A DNA stretch of 64,000 bases, from positions 59,143 through 123,142 of the forward strand of contig CAYYPH010000002.1 of the NCBI GenBank assembly GCA_964473485.1. Direction: 5' to 3'. The position numbers were made by a program, and so were the translations under genes. Of the stretch, positions 1-9,256 are shown piece after piece. The stretch is from an uncultured Prolixibacteraceae bacterium. GTDB lineage: Bacteria; Bacteroidota; Bacteroidia; Bacteroidales; FEN-979. Numbering within the stretch: the first letter of the stretch is position 1; every line of letters starts with the position of its first letter. The notes under the pieces are model-generated. The model was not told the DNA's origin. It searched no databases and was given only the letters and a program-made list of their open reading frames with translations.

Positions 1-121
1 CCGGTGAATGGCCGGTATGAGCCACTCCCAGCGAAAACCCGATAAGGGCAAAGGGCAGTGAAAATATGGTGTGACTGATCTTGACCAGTGAAAAATAGTT
101 GGCGATATTTTTTTTCAGCAT
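1..121 (-). CDS. UbiA-family polyprenyltransferase, first ~40 codons only (gene runs off left edge)
   Basis: Minus-strand ATG at 121 reads MLKKNIANYFSLVKISHTIFSLPFALIGFSLGVAHTGH. This is a typical N-terminus and first TM helix of UbiA-type prenyltransferases. It is absent from the ORF track because the window edge truncates it. Confidence 0.5.
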   Translation of the reverse strand, partial: MLKKNIANYFSLVKISHTIFSLPFALIGFSLGVAHTGHSP

Positions 122-236
122 CATCATCCGGGTTCAGGATGCTGCAAAAATAGCAATTTGTAACTATTTCAGGCCTGAAGCGTCAAAGTTGCCAATCCGG
201 GGATTTAAGCTAATTTTGCATCGATATTTTTCTCCG

Positions 237-1031
237 ATGAACAGAAAGGTTGAGGCCATTGTAGGGTATCTGAAACATTTGATGCACGCCCAATCGAAAT
301 ATAAGCTGCACTCTCCGTTTATCTTCGATTTCTACGCCAACGTCCTGATGAACAACCAGACATACAGCCAGTACAGGGTCGTGAACCGTTTGCGGAAAGA
401 GCTTGAATCGGTTCCGAGGTTCATCAAGCGGAAAGATCCCGGCATTCATTGCAGGGATTTTCCGGCCGATCAGCGCTTTGTGAGAGTGAGGGACATTGCA
501 GTGCGAAACTCGGTGAGCAGGAAAAAAGGGGAATTTCTTTTCCGTCTCATCAGGAGATACAAACCTGCCACCATCCTTGAGCTTGGCACGTCGCTGGGCA
601 TTTCAACGATTTACCTGGGCCTTGGAGCCCCCCAGAGCACCATTCTTTCCATCGAGGGCTGCATCGATTCGGCAAATCTTGCCCTTGAAAACTTCGAGAA
701 AACCGGCCTGAAACAGATCTCGGTGATCACCGGGACTTTTGAAGAGAAGCTTGAGGAGGCTTTCCAGCGGATGCCGTCGCCCGATATGATCTTTATCGAT
801 GGCAACCACCGCGGGGAGCCCACCCTCCGTTATTTCGACCAGTGTATGCAACATATTCATCCATCAACCGTTCTGGTAATTGATGACATCTGTTGGTCGG
901 CCGAGATGTTCGAAGCATGGAAGGTGATCAGCAACTACCCCAGGGTGAAGGTGACTATAGACCTTTACCAGATGGGCATTGTTTTTTTTAAAGAAGAATT
1001 GAGCAAAGAGAATTATATCCTTAATTTTTAA
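237..1031 (+). CDS. class I SAM-dependent (O-)methyltransferase
   Basis: SAM-binding motif [15 protein letters not shown] and FIDGNH/VIDDI motifs. I chose ATG 237 (MNRKVEAIV...) because the 99 start would overlap the divergent UbiA-like gene start at 121. Confidence 0.75.
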   Translation: MNRKVEAIVGYLKHLMHAQSKYKLHSPFIFDFYANVLMNNQTYSQYRVVNRLRKELESVPRFIKRKDPGIHCRDFPADQRFVRVRDIAVRNSVSRKKGEFLFRLIRRYKPATILELGTSLGISTIYLGLGAPQSTILSIEGCIDSANLALENFEKTGLKQISVITGTFEEKLEEAFQRMPSPDMIFIDGNHRGEPTLRYFDQCMQHIHPSTVLVIDDICWSAEMFEAWKVISNYPRVKVTIDLYQMGIVFFKEELSKENYILNF

Positions 1032-1042
1032 CAACCTGTGCC

Positions 1043-1777
1043 ATGGAATCTGAAGTGATCCGCCTCGATAGTATCGTGAAAAACTATAAAATCGGCACCA
1101 TTGTCGTCGAAGCCCTGAGATCCGTCTCTCTGGTGATCCGGAAAAATGAATTTGTCGCACTGATGGGACCTTCAGGATCCGGAAAATCCACCCTGATGAA
1201 TATCCTCGGCTGTCTCGATACACCGACCAGCGGAGCGTATTACCTCAACGGGGAGGATGTCAGCAAAATGGACGACAATGCACTGGCAGAGATCCGGAAC
1301 CGGCAGATTGGTTTTGTCTTTCAGACTTTTAACCTTCTTCCGCGGTCAACAGCCCTCGAGAATGTCATGCTCCCGCTGATCTATGCCGGTATCGGCAAAG
1401 CCAAAAGGATTGAACTGGCCAAAAAGACCCTGGAAGAGGTCAGGCTTTCTGACAGGATAACCCACAAGCCGAATGAACTCTCCGGGGGGCAAAGGCAGCG
1501 TGTTGCCATTGCCCGGGCGCTGGTCAACAATCCGGCTATTATCCTGGCCGATGAACCTACCGGAAACCTTGACTCCAAAACCTCCATCGAGATCCTTGGC
1601 CTGCTGGAGGAGATCCACAGGATGGGAAATACGGTGATCATCGTTACCCATGAAGAGGATATCGCCCAGCATGCGCACCGTATCATCCGTTTGATGGACG
1701 GCAGGATCAGCCATGACGAACCCAACCCGCACATTAAAACCATTGCCGATTACCACCTGAATGGTGTAGCCGTATAA
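1043..1777 (+). CDS. ABC transporter ATP-binding protein (MacB/LolD/FtsE-like)
   Basis: Walker [13 protein letters not shown] signature [15 protein letters not shown], Walker [12 protein letters not shown]. Confidence 0.9.
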   Translation: MESEVIRLDSIVKNYKIGTIVVEALRSVSLVIRKNEFVALMGPSGSGKSTLMNILGCLDTPTSGAYYLNGEDVSKMDDNALAEIRNRQIGFVFQTFNLLPRSTALENVMLPLIYAGIGKAKRIELAKKTLEEVRLSDRITHKPNELSGGQRQRVAIARALVNNPAIILADEPTGNLDSKTSIEILGLLEEIHRMGNTVIIVTHEEDIAQHAHRIIRLMDGRISHDEPNPHIKTIADYHLNGVAV

Positions 1778-1786
1778 CGCTTTTCA

Positions 1787-1794
1787 TATCTTTG
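1787..1794 (+). promoter_or_regulatory. Bacteroidetes-type -7 box TATCTTTG
   Basis: Matches the TAnnTTTG consensus, 27 nt upstream of ATG 1821. Confidence 0.4.
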
Positions 1795-1820
1795 CGGTAA
1801 ATTATTCCAAACCGCATTTC

Positions 1821-2834
1821 ATGCAGCCTGAAACCAGATACAGGAAGCTTTTCAGAAGTTTCAACGGTCTGAATATCATGATCATTGGCGATGTGATGGT
1901 CGATTCCTACCTTTGGGGGAAGGTCGAACGGATATCGCCCGAAGCCCCGATACCGATCGTGGCACTGAGAAAGAAAGAGAACCGGATGGGTGGCGCCGCC
2001 AACGTAGCCATGAATGTCAGGGCGCTGGGGGCAAATCCCATCCTGTGTTCGGTGATTGGCACTGATGAAAAGGGAGAACAGTTCCTCGACCTTCTGAAAA
2101 AGGAAAAGATCAGCAACGAAGGGATTATCAGGAGTGTCCGGCGGATTACCACCACCAAGTTCAGGATCTTCGGAAATGCATTCCAGATGCTCCGTGTGGA
2201 TGAGGAAATTGACCACGACCTGGTGGAACGTGATTACCTGACCATGATCAGGGTCATTGATAAAATCTTATCTTCTGTCAAAGTCGATTGTATTATTTTC
2301 CAGGATTACGATAAAGGGGTCATCACCCCGAACCTGATCCGTGAAGTGGTTGCACGCGCCGGTAAAAAAGGGATTCCCGTTACGGTCGACCCCAAAAAGA
2401 AGAATTTTCTGGAATATCACGATGTTACCCTGTTCAAACCCAACCTGAAAGAGTTAATGGAGGGATTAGGCCTCCATGGATCCGGCAATGAGGAGAAAGC
2501 CGTTATTGCTGCCGCCCATCAGCTGAGAGCGAAACTGAACAGCCGCTATGTGCTCGCCACCATGTCGGAGAAAGGTGTTTTACTATCCATGAAAAATCAG
2601 CAGGAGGAATCTGTGTTGGTTTTACCGGCCCACATGCGCATGATATCCGACGTTTCAGGAGCTGGCGACACGGTGATAAGCGTGGCTTCCATGTGCCTCG
2701 CTTGCGGCTGCACTCCTTACGAGATTGCCTACATCTCGAATCTCGCGGGCGGACTGGTCTGCGAAGAGGTAGGAGTGGTTCCTGTGGACAAAGAGAAACT
2801 TCTGCGCGAAGTGATCGCGCTTATCGATTCCTGA
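1821..2834 (+). CDS. PfkB-family sugar kinase, RfaE/HldE domain-I-like (D-glycero-beta-D-manno-heptose-7-phosphate kinase type)
   Basis: N-terminus IMIIGDVMVDSYLWGKVERISPEAPIPIV is typical of RfaE domain I. PfkB signature DVSGAGDT near the C-terminus. Confidence 0.75.
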   Translation: MQPETRYRKLFRSFNGLNIMIIGDVMVDSYLWGKVERISPEAPIPIVALRKKENRMGGAANVAMNVRALGANPILCSVIGTDEKGEQFLDLLKKEKISNEGIIRSVRRITTTKFRIFGNAFQMLRVDEEIDHDLVERDYLTMIRVIDKILSSVKVDCIIFQDYDKGVITPNLIREVVARAGKKGIPVTVDPKKKNFLEYHDVTLFKPNLKELMEGLGLHGSGNEEKAVIAAAHQLRAKLNSRYVLATMSEKGVLLSMKNQQEESVLVLPAHMRMISDVSGAGDTVISVASMCLACGCTPYEIAYISNLAGGLVCEEVGVVPVDKEKLLREVIALIDS

Positions 2835-2837
2835 TTC

Positions 2838-4118
2838 ATGCCGGGTGCCGTCAAGTTCCACGCGGATGTCATCGTGGCCGGTGCCGGACCGGCCGGAACA
2901 ATCGCCGCTTATCAGCTCGCCCGGCAGGGAGTTTCAGTGCTGATACTCGAGAAAGCGACTTTTCCCAGGTACAAGGTCTGCGGCGCGGGGCTGACCCACA
3001 AGATCATAAATGAGATCCCCTTCCCGGTTGACCCCGTGATACAAACTACCGTCGATACGTTCATTTTCTCCTGCGGTTTCAGCGAGATCTATTCAAGAAC
3101 GGCTGACGACCCGCTGATCTATTGCACCATGCGCGGGGAACTCGATGCCTTTTTGCTCAGCCGGGCAACCCAGGCCGGAGCCCGCGTGCTACATGGTGTT
3201 CATGTGATCTCGGCCAGTCAGGGCGGGGATTATGTGGATGTAATTGCCCGCGATGGCACTTACCGGTCAAGGCTTTTAATCGGCGCCGACGGCGCCTCCG
3301 GTAATGTCGCCCGTTCAGCAGGTCTAAGAGAGCATATTATGCCGGGACTTGCCTGGGAGGCTGAAGTGGAAACAGATCCGCTTTATTCAGCGCGTTATAA
3401 AAACACCGTCTTTCTTGACTGGGGCGCTTTTCCGGGAGGTTATGGGTGGGTTTTTCCCAAAACCGGTCATTTTTCGATCGGAGTAGGAGGACCCGCAACG
3501 CTGTCGCGGTGGATGATGCCATATTATCAAGGATATCTGAGGTTTCTCAAAAACTTTTTCCTGGGCGAAGGTCAATATGCCGGTGAGCATCGGTTTGATC
3601 CTTTGCATGCGTCAGGGCAAGAGCCGGGGCCCGATGGTTTTTTCCGGACCCATTCACTGAAGGCCTGGCCAATCCCGGTGAGGGTCCGGAAAAGCAGGTT
3701 TCACAATGGCCGGATCCTGGTTGCCGGGGATGCCGCAGGGTTGACCGATCCGTTAACCGGTGAAGGGATCTTTTATGCCGTGAAAAGCGGGAAACTGGCC
3801 GCTGAGGCCTGCCTGGATTTTATGGAGAGAGAGGAAGGCTCTCTGGAATCCTATACCGCATCGGTGAATGATGAACTGATGGATGAACTGACGGAGGCCA
3901 ACCGGATAAAATACATCTTTAACACTGTTCCGTTGAAGATCCATCATTTTGTCAGGGACAGCGGACGGGGCTGGCGGGCCTTCGGAAAGATCCTGCGCGG
4001 AGAGCGATGCTATGCCGATGTCAGAATGGGATTCGGGAAGTGGAGATTCCTGTGGAAAGCCGCCTGCAGGCTGGCAAAGCTCTTCTCTGACCATAAAGAA
4101 CGCCGGTTTGGAAAATAA
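2838..4118 (+). CDS. FAD-dependent oxidoreductase, geranylgeranyl reductase family
   Basis: Dinucleotide-binding motif DVIVAGAGPAGTIAAYQLARQG, GADG and GDAAG motifs. Confidence 0.75.
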   Translation: MPGAVKFHADVIVAGAGPAGTIAAYQLARQGVSVLILEKATFPRYKVCGAGLTHKIINEIPFPVDPVIQTTVDTFIFSCGFSEIYSRTADDPLIYCTMRGELDAFLLSRATQAGARVLHGVHVISASQGGDYVDVIARDGTYRSRLLIGADGASGNVARSAGLREHIMPGLAWEAEVETDPLYSARYKNTVFLDWGAFPGGYGWVFPKTGHFSIGVGGPATLSRWMMPYYQGYLRFLKNFFLGEGQYAGEHRFDPLHASGQEPGPDGFFRTHSLKAWPIPVRVRKSRFHNGRILVAGDAAGLTDPLTGEGIFYAVKSGKLAAEACLDFMEREEGSLESYTASVNDELMDELTEANRIKYIFNTVPLKIHHFVRDSGRGWRAFGKILRGERCYADVRMGFGKWRFLWKAACRLAKLFSDHKERRFGK

Positions 4119-4908
4119 GGTTGTATTGATAACAGGAGCCGCCGGGGGACTTGGAAAAGTCCTTGTCACTACCTTCGCCTCCACCGGATGGCAGGTGATT
4201 GCCACGGATATTGGGGCTTTCGACACCTCAACTCACGGTTCCGGAATCCTTTTTTACCCGATGGATGTTACCTCCGGTACTTCTGTTGAAATGGCTGCAA
4301 AGGAGCTGGGACAAAAATTTCCGGTCATCCACCTGATCATCAATAATGCAGGGATGGATAAGTATTTCCCACTCTCTGAAGCCCCGGCTGAGTTGCTCCG
4401 GCAGATATTCGAAGTGAATTTCTTCGGGGCCTGCAGGGTCAACCAGGTTTTTCTCCCGATGTTGAAAACACCCGGTGGCAGGATCATTCACATCACCAGC
4501 GAAGGCTACCACCTCACCGGCCCGTTCATGCCCTATCCGCTTACCAAGCGCCTGCTGGAGTCGTACTCGAGATCTTTAAGGATTGAATTGGGGTTCAGGG
4601 GTATTGATGTGATCGCCATCAGGCCGGGAGCCATCGAAACCCCTTTGCTCGGGGTAGTCAGGAACCTCGATACACCGGCGGGTAACTGGAAACTCGAAAA
4701 AGAATTCCGGCAATTCGCAACAATGGCATCCCGTGAAATCGGAAAAGTGCTGACCCCTGAAGCCGCAGCCGCTTTCGTACTAAGGGTGGCGGTTAAAAAA
4801 AAACCGCGGCATCTTTACCGGATCAACAACATGCTGAAACTGAGAATTGCCGCAATGATGCCGTTTTTCGTCATAGAAAAGGCATTGAAAGCAAAATTCG
4901 TGAAATGA
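4108..4908 (+). CDS. short-chain dehydrogenase/reductase (SDR)
   Basis: TGAAGGLG cofactor motif, NNAG, and a YPLTK (YxxxK) active site. The start is uncertain. I favour TTG 4108 just before KVVLITG, because the track's ATG 3949 would overlap 170 nt of the upstream gene. Confidence 0.7.
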   Translation: MENKVVLITGAAGGLGKVLVTTFASTGWQVIATDIGAFDTSTHGSGILFYPMDVTSGTSVEMAAKELGQKFPVIHLIINNAGMDKYFPLSEAPAELLRQIFEVNFFGACRVNQVFLPMLKTPGGRIIHITSEGYHLTGPFMPYPLTKRLLESYSRSLRIELGFRGIDVIAIRPGAIETPLLGVVRNLDTPAGNWKLEKEFRQFATMASREIGKVLTPEAAAAFVLRVAVKKKPRHLYRINNMLKLRIAAMMPFFVIEKALKAKFVK

Positions 4909-4956
4909 GATTGGCAGTTGTCTGAGCAGGACAAATCAGTTTTACAGACTTCCTGA

Positions 4957-5406
4957 TCAGCCAAGCAACTGTTTTACGATCTGTGAGATCATCTTGTTGT
5001 CGGCCTTGCCCGCCAGCTCTTTCGAAGCAAGCGCCATCACCTTTCCCATCTCTTTGATGGAGGATGCTCCCGACTTTGAGATCAGTTCACGGATGATTTC
5101 TGTAACTTCAGCTTCGGATAATTGTGAAGGAAGGTATTTTTCGATAACAGAAGCTTCGAAAAGCTCTTTTTCTGCAAGGTCGGCCCGGTTGGCATTGCCG
5201 TATATCTCGGCCGATTCACGGCGCTGCTTGACGAGTTTCTGAAGAATCTTCAGTTCCGTGGCCTCGTTGATGGCATCACCGCCTCCCTCTTTCGTCTTTT
5301 CAAGCAACAATGCCGCTTTGATTGCCCTGAGCGCCTCCAGTTTTTTGGCATCCCTGGCCAGCATCGCGGCCTTGATGTCATCGCCGATTTTCAGTTCGAG
5401 GCTCAT
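4957..5406 (-). CDS. yqeY: GatB/YqeY domain protein
   Basis: MSLELKIGDDIKAAMLARDAKKLEALRAIKAALLL is the characteristic YqeY N-terminus. The gene abuts the ftsZ stop. Confidence 0.85.
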   Translation of the reverse strand: MSLELKIGDDIKAAMLARDAKKLEALRAIKAALLLEKTKEGGGDAINEATELKILQKLVKQRRESAEIYGNANRADLAEKELFEASVIEKYLPSQLSEAEVTEIIRELISKSGASSIKEMGKVMALASKELAGKADNKMISQIVKQLLG

Positions 5407-7023
5407 TTAGTCAACATTTTTGTGCAGGAAGGAGTTCTCGCTGCGAAGTTCTAACGATTTATCGGGATTCTCCGAAAGCATGTATTTGGCAACCTGCGAT
5501 TCTGCAGATGGAGTAACATCGTTGAGTTCAACGTTCCGTCTTTTGTAGGCCGGCACCGATTCTATCTCGTACAGGTTGGTCTCGATGGGGGTGTGGGTCT
5601 TGAGTTTTTCGCTCAGTTGCCGCAGTTTCGAAACGCGCTCGATCGATTTTTTTGTCTGGATGCCGTCAGGATCGGGCTCTGAAGGTTGTGCCGGGGGCGC
5701 TGACGGTTGCGGTGAGAAATAGATTTCGGCCGATGGTTCCTCCTGCTTGATGTTCACCGGGTACATATCATGGATCATGGCACCGGAAAGTTCCTGGGTT
5801 GAATCGGGTTCGGGTTTTTCGATGATGAATTCGATCGGACGAACCGGTTCTGCAGCCGGTTCAGGAATCTCTTCCCTGGCTGTAACGACCGGTTCGGAGC
5901 GCAACGGCGGAGCCTTGATCTCTTCCTGGGTGTATAACGGTTTCGGCATTTCAGGTTCCGGATTTAGAATCCTTTTTTCCATAACCGGAGTTTCATTGTC
6001 GTATAATCCGCGTACAATAACATCAACAGGTTTGTTGGGATCCTTTTGCTTGTGGTCCTCATCAAACCCGGTGGCGATAATGGTCACGCTGATCTTGTCT
6101 GCGAGCGTTTCATCGAAACCGTTCCCCCAGATGATATCGCCGGTCGATTTGGTCTTTTCCTGGATATAGTCGGTGATCTCGGTCACTTCGTCCATCGTTA
6201 TCTCTTCCTTGCCTGAGGAGATATACAGCAACAGATTGCTTGCCCCGTTGATGTCGTTGTTGTCGAGAAGCGGAGAGTTCAGGGCATCTTCAACGGCGTT
6301 GCGGGCGCGGTCGGGACCACTGGCCACGCCGGTTCCCATGATGGCTACGCCGCTGTTTTTCATCACCGTCTTAACATCTTCGAAATCCACATTAATGTAC
6401 CCGGCAACAGTAATGATCTCGGCAATGCCCTTGGCTGCGGTTGTCAGCACATTGTCGGCACGTTTGAATGCCTCCGACAGCGGGAGATCGCCGCAAAGCA
6501 AGCGAAGCTTGTCATTGCTGATGATGAGCAGCGCATCAACATGCTGTTTCAACTGGCGGATACCGTCCTCGGCTGATTGTTTTCGCTTTCTGCCTTCAAA
6601 AGAGAACGGGATGGTGACGATACCGACTGTCAGAATATCAAGTTCCTTTGAAATCTGGGCAATGACCGGAGCCGCCCCGGTACCCGTTCCTCCGCCGAGA
6701 CCGGCTGTGATAAAAAGCATCTTGGTCCCTTTCTGGAGAACTTCCCTGATGTCTTCCGCATTTTCAAGGGCCGCGTTGCGACCAACCGACGGAGCAGCCC
6801 CTGCCCCCAGCCCGCTGGTCAGGTTGGCCCCGAGCTGGATCTTTGTCGGTACCATGCTCGATTCCATGGCCTGTGCATCGGTGTTGCAGATAATAAAATC
6901 AACACCTTTGATCCCCTGACGAAACATGTGGTTCACGGCATTGCTGCCGCCTCCGCCAACGCCGATTACTTTGATGATTGATGACTGATTCCTGGGTAAA
7001 TCGAATTTTAACATGTCGGCCAT
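5407..7023 (-). CDS. ftsZ: cell division GTPase FtsZ
   Basis: Tubulin signature GGGTGTGAAPVIA and NTDAQAL-type motif. It has a long P/E-rich C-terminal linker (538 aa total). Confidence 0.97.
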   Translation of the reverse strand: MADMLKFDLPRNQSSIIKVIGVGGGGSNAVNHMFRQGIKGVDFIICNTDAQAMESSMVPTKIQLGANLTSGLGAGAAPSVGRNAALENAEDIREVLQKGTKMLFITAGLGGGTGTGAAPVIAQISKELDILTVGIVTIPFSFEGRKRKQSAEDGIRQLKQHVDALLIISNDKLRLLCGDLPLSEAFKRADNVLTTAAKGIAEIITVAGYINVDFEDVKTVMKNSGVAIMGTGVASGPDRARNAVEDALNSPLLDNNDINGASNLLLYISSGKEEITMDEVTEITDYIQEKTKSTGDIIWGNGFDETLADKISVTIIATGFDEDHKQKDPNKPVDVIVRGLYDNETPVMEKRILNPEPEMPKPLYTQEEIKAPPLRSEPVVTAREEIPEPAAEPVRPIEFIIEKPEPDSTQELSGAMIHDMYPVNIKQEEPSAEIYFSPQPSAPPAQPSEPDPDGIQTKKSIERVSKLRQLSEKLKTHTPIETNLYEIESVPAYKRRNVELNDVTPSAESQVAKYMLSENPDKSLELRSENSFLHKNVD

Positions 7024-7118
7024 GATCGCTTTTTTTAACGGTTTAAAAATATTAAGAAAGAATTTTGGAATTTTTTGTTTTTCATTTTTTTATCAACCCC
7101 TGATTGTTAATAGTCCTC

Positions 7119-8468
7119 TTATTCAGTGTCATCTTCGAAGATGTGACGGATTTTATCGAGGAAAATATCGGGGAAACGTTTCGAGGAACCGGATACCTCC
7201 TTTACTTTTTTCACCTTTTTCTTTTTCTTATCTCCGGGCTCCTGAACCTCCTCAACAGGTTCTTCAACGGGTTTGATCTTTTCCATTTCACGCTGGTACC
7301 TGCCGATGCCTTCGATTACAAGACCGATTCCGGTGGCATACATCGGACTGGTCATTTCAGGCGGAACATCCGACGCCAGGTGTTCGTTCGGATAGCCGAT
7401 GCGGGTATCCAGCCCCGTCATGAATTCGGTGAGCTGGGCAATATGCTTGAGGTGAGCGCCCCCTCCCGTGAGAACAATGCCGCCGATCAGCTTTTTCTCG
7501 TATCCCGAATTCCTTATCTCATAGTAAATGTGTTCGATGATCTCTTCCATACGGGCCTGGATGATGGATGCCAGGTTTTTCAGGCTGATCTCTTTCGGAG
7601 GTCTTCCTCTGAGCCCGGGTATTGCCACGATCTCCTCCTCACGGTTTTCACGGGCCAGGGCCGACCCGAATTTTAACTTTAGCTCTTCCGCATGCTTTTT
7701 GATGATCGAACAACCCTCCTTGATGTCTTCGGTGATGATCTCTCCGCCCAGCGGGATGACGGCTGTATGCCTGATGATGCCGGCATGGAAAATGGCGATG
7801 TCGGAAGTTCCTCCCCCGATGTCGACAAGTACCACTCCCGCCTCTTTTTCTTCCTCGTTGAGCACCGCTTCGGCCGAAGCCATCGGCTCCAGGATGAGTT
7901 CCACCACCTCGAGACCGGCTTTCCGAACACATTTGTAGATGTTTTTCGCTGCCGCAGTCTGACCGATAATAATGTGAAAATTGGCCTCCAGCGAACTGCC
8001 GATCATCCCTTTGGGGGTGAGAATTCCGTGTTCGCCATCGATGCTGAACTCCTGAGGGATCACGTCGAGAATCTCCTCGCCGGGATTCATGTTCAGGTTG
8101 TACATGCTGTTGCACAGCTTGTTAATATCTTCCTGGCTGATCTCCATGTCGCTGTTTTCGCGGATCATGCTGCCGCGGTGCTGGAGACTTTTAATGTGCT
8201 GGCCGGCGATGCCGACGTTTACGTATTTAATGTCCACCTTCGACCGGGCCGCCGCTTCGGTCACCGCCTCCCTGATCGATTGAACCGTGTTGTCGATGTT
8301 GGCTACCACCCCGCGACGCACCCCGATCGACGGAACCTTGCCGTATCCGAGGATTTCGATCTTTCCGAATTCGTTTTTCTGGCCAACGATCACCGCAATT
8401 TTTGTTGTGCCGATATCTAATCCCACAATGATTCCTGAGTTTTTCATAGCTATTCTGTTTTTGAACAA
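7119..8468 (-). CDS. ftsA: cell division protein FtsA
   Basis: Actin-fold motifs VGLDIGTTKI and VDIGGGTSD; sits between ftsQ and ftsZ. The start may be the internal M at 8447. Confidence 0.95.
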   Translation of the reverse strand: MFKNRIAMKNSGIIVGLDIGTTKIAVIVGQKNEFGKIEILGYGKVPSIGVRRGVVANIDNTVQSIREAVTEAAARSKVDIKYVNVGIAGQHIKSLQHRGSMIRENSDMEISQEDINKLCNSMYNLNMNPGEEILDVIPQEFSIDGEHGILTPKGMIGSSLEANFHIIIGQTAAAKNIYKCVRKAGLEVVELILEPMASAEAVLNEEEKEAGVVLVDIGGGTSDIAIFHAGIIRHTAVIPLGGEIITEDIKEGCSIIKKHAEELKLKFGSALARENREEEIVAIPGLRGRPPKEISLKNLASIIQARMEEIIEHIYYEIRNSGYEKKLIGGIVLTGGGAHLKHIAQLTEFMTGLDTRIGYPNEHLASDVPPEMTSPMYATGIGLVIEGIGRYQREMEKIKPVEEPVEEVQEPGDKKKKKVKKVKEVSGSSKRFPDIFLDKIRHIFEDDTE

Positions 8469-9256
8469 ACTACCTGATTTCTGTATTTTATATTGATCAC
8501 GTTGTATTTATTCCAGCCAATCTTGTTCAGCCCGTATTTGTAAAATGCAAGAAGCTTCGCAAACTTTTCGTCGAGATTTTCGGCCGTGCCAAGAAGGATG
8601 ATATGGTTGCCGACTTTGGGCACGAGCTCGAATTCTTGAGTTTCGGTAACATAAATCTGGTCGATCTGGGCCTTGAGAAAAGGATCACGGCTGATAAACA
8701 CCGAGAGGCGGTAAAGATTCGTCAGCAGTGAGTCATAATAGATCGAATCCGACAACGCCATGATGTTGACCCGGTACGAGGGTTTTTTGATAAAGGAATC
8801 GCGGATGTGCCCGTTGGCCACAGGAACCCTGGCCGAAAAGCCCAGTTTTACCGGCAACAGGATCCCGGTCTGGTCCAGGTAAAAACTTTCGAATTGGTTA
8901 TTGATAACCCTGAGCAGTGGTTCGCGCTGACGGATATTCACCACCAACTCCCCTTTGCTGGTTTCGAACACCGCAACCCGGGCCACGTAAGGTTGTTTAC
9001 CGATCACCGACTCCAGCCGGTGTGTGTTGATATAACCGAGTGGCTTTCCTTTCAGATTGCCGGCGGTCTTCACAATCAGCGAATCGATATCTTTTTTGGT
9101 GAACAGGGCATCGGCGCTTCCGTAATCAATGTCGACACTCACCTTGCTGCAGGTGCGTTTGTAGTGTTCAGCTTCAACAAAACCGACCAGCACCCCGGCA
9201 GCCGCCACCAACAGGACCCAGCTTGTAATTTTCAATATGAAAAGAAAGCGTTTCAT
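8450..9256 (-). CDS. ftsQ: cell division protein FtsQ
   Basis: N-terminal TM helix plus a POTRA-like region. Its position between murC and ftsA is conserved. Confidence 0.8.
   Translation of the reverse strand: MKRFLFILKITSWVLLVAAAGVLVGFVEAEHYKRTCSKVSVDIDYGSADALFTKKDIDSLIVKTAGNLKGKPLGYINTHRLESVIGKQPYVARVAVFETSKGELVVNIRQREPLLRVINNQFESFYLDQTGILLPVKLGFSARVPVANGHIRDSFIKKPSYRVNIMALSDSIYYDSLLTNLYRLSVFISRDPFLKAQIDQIYVTETQEFELVPKVGNHIILLGTAENLDEKFAKLLAFYKYGLNKIGWNKYNVINIKYRNQVVCSKTE

Noticed and set aside
99-236. N-terminal extension of the methyltransferase ORF from 99.
   Set aside because: It overlaps the divergent UbiA-like gene start (121, minus strand). ATG 237 gives a normal-length methyltransferase.
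3949-4107. ATG 3949 as the start of the SDR gene.
   Set aside because: It would overlap 170 nt of the geranylgeranyl-reductase-family gene and add a G/S/D-rich non-SDR extension. The Rossmann motif starts right after TTG 4108.
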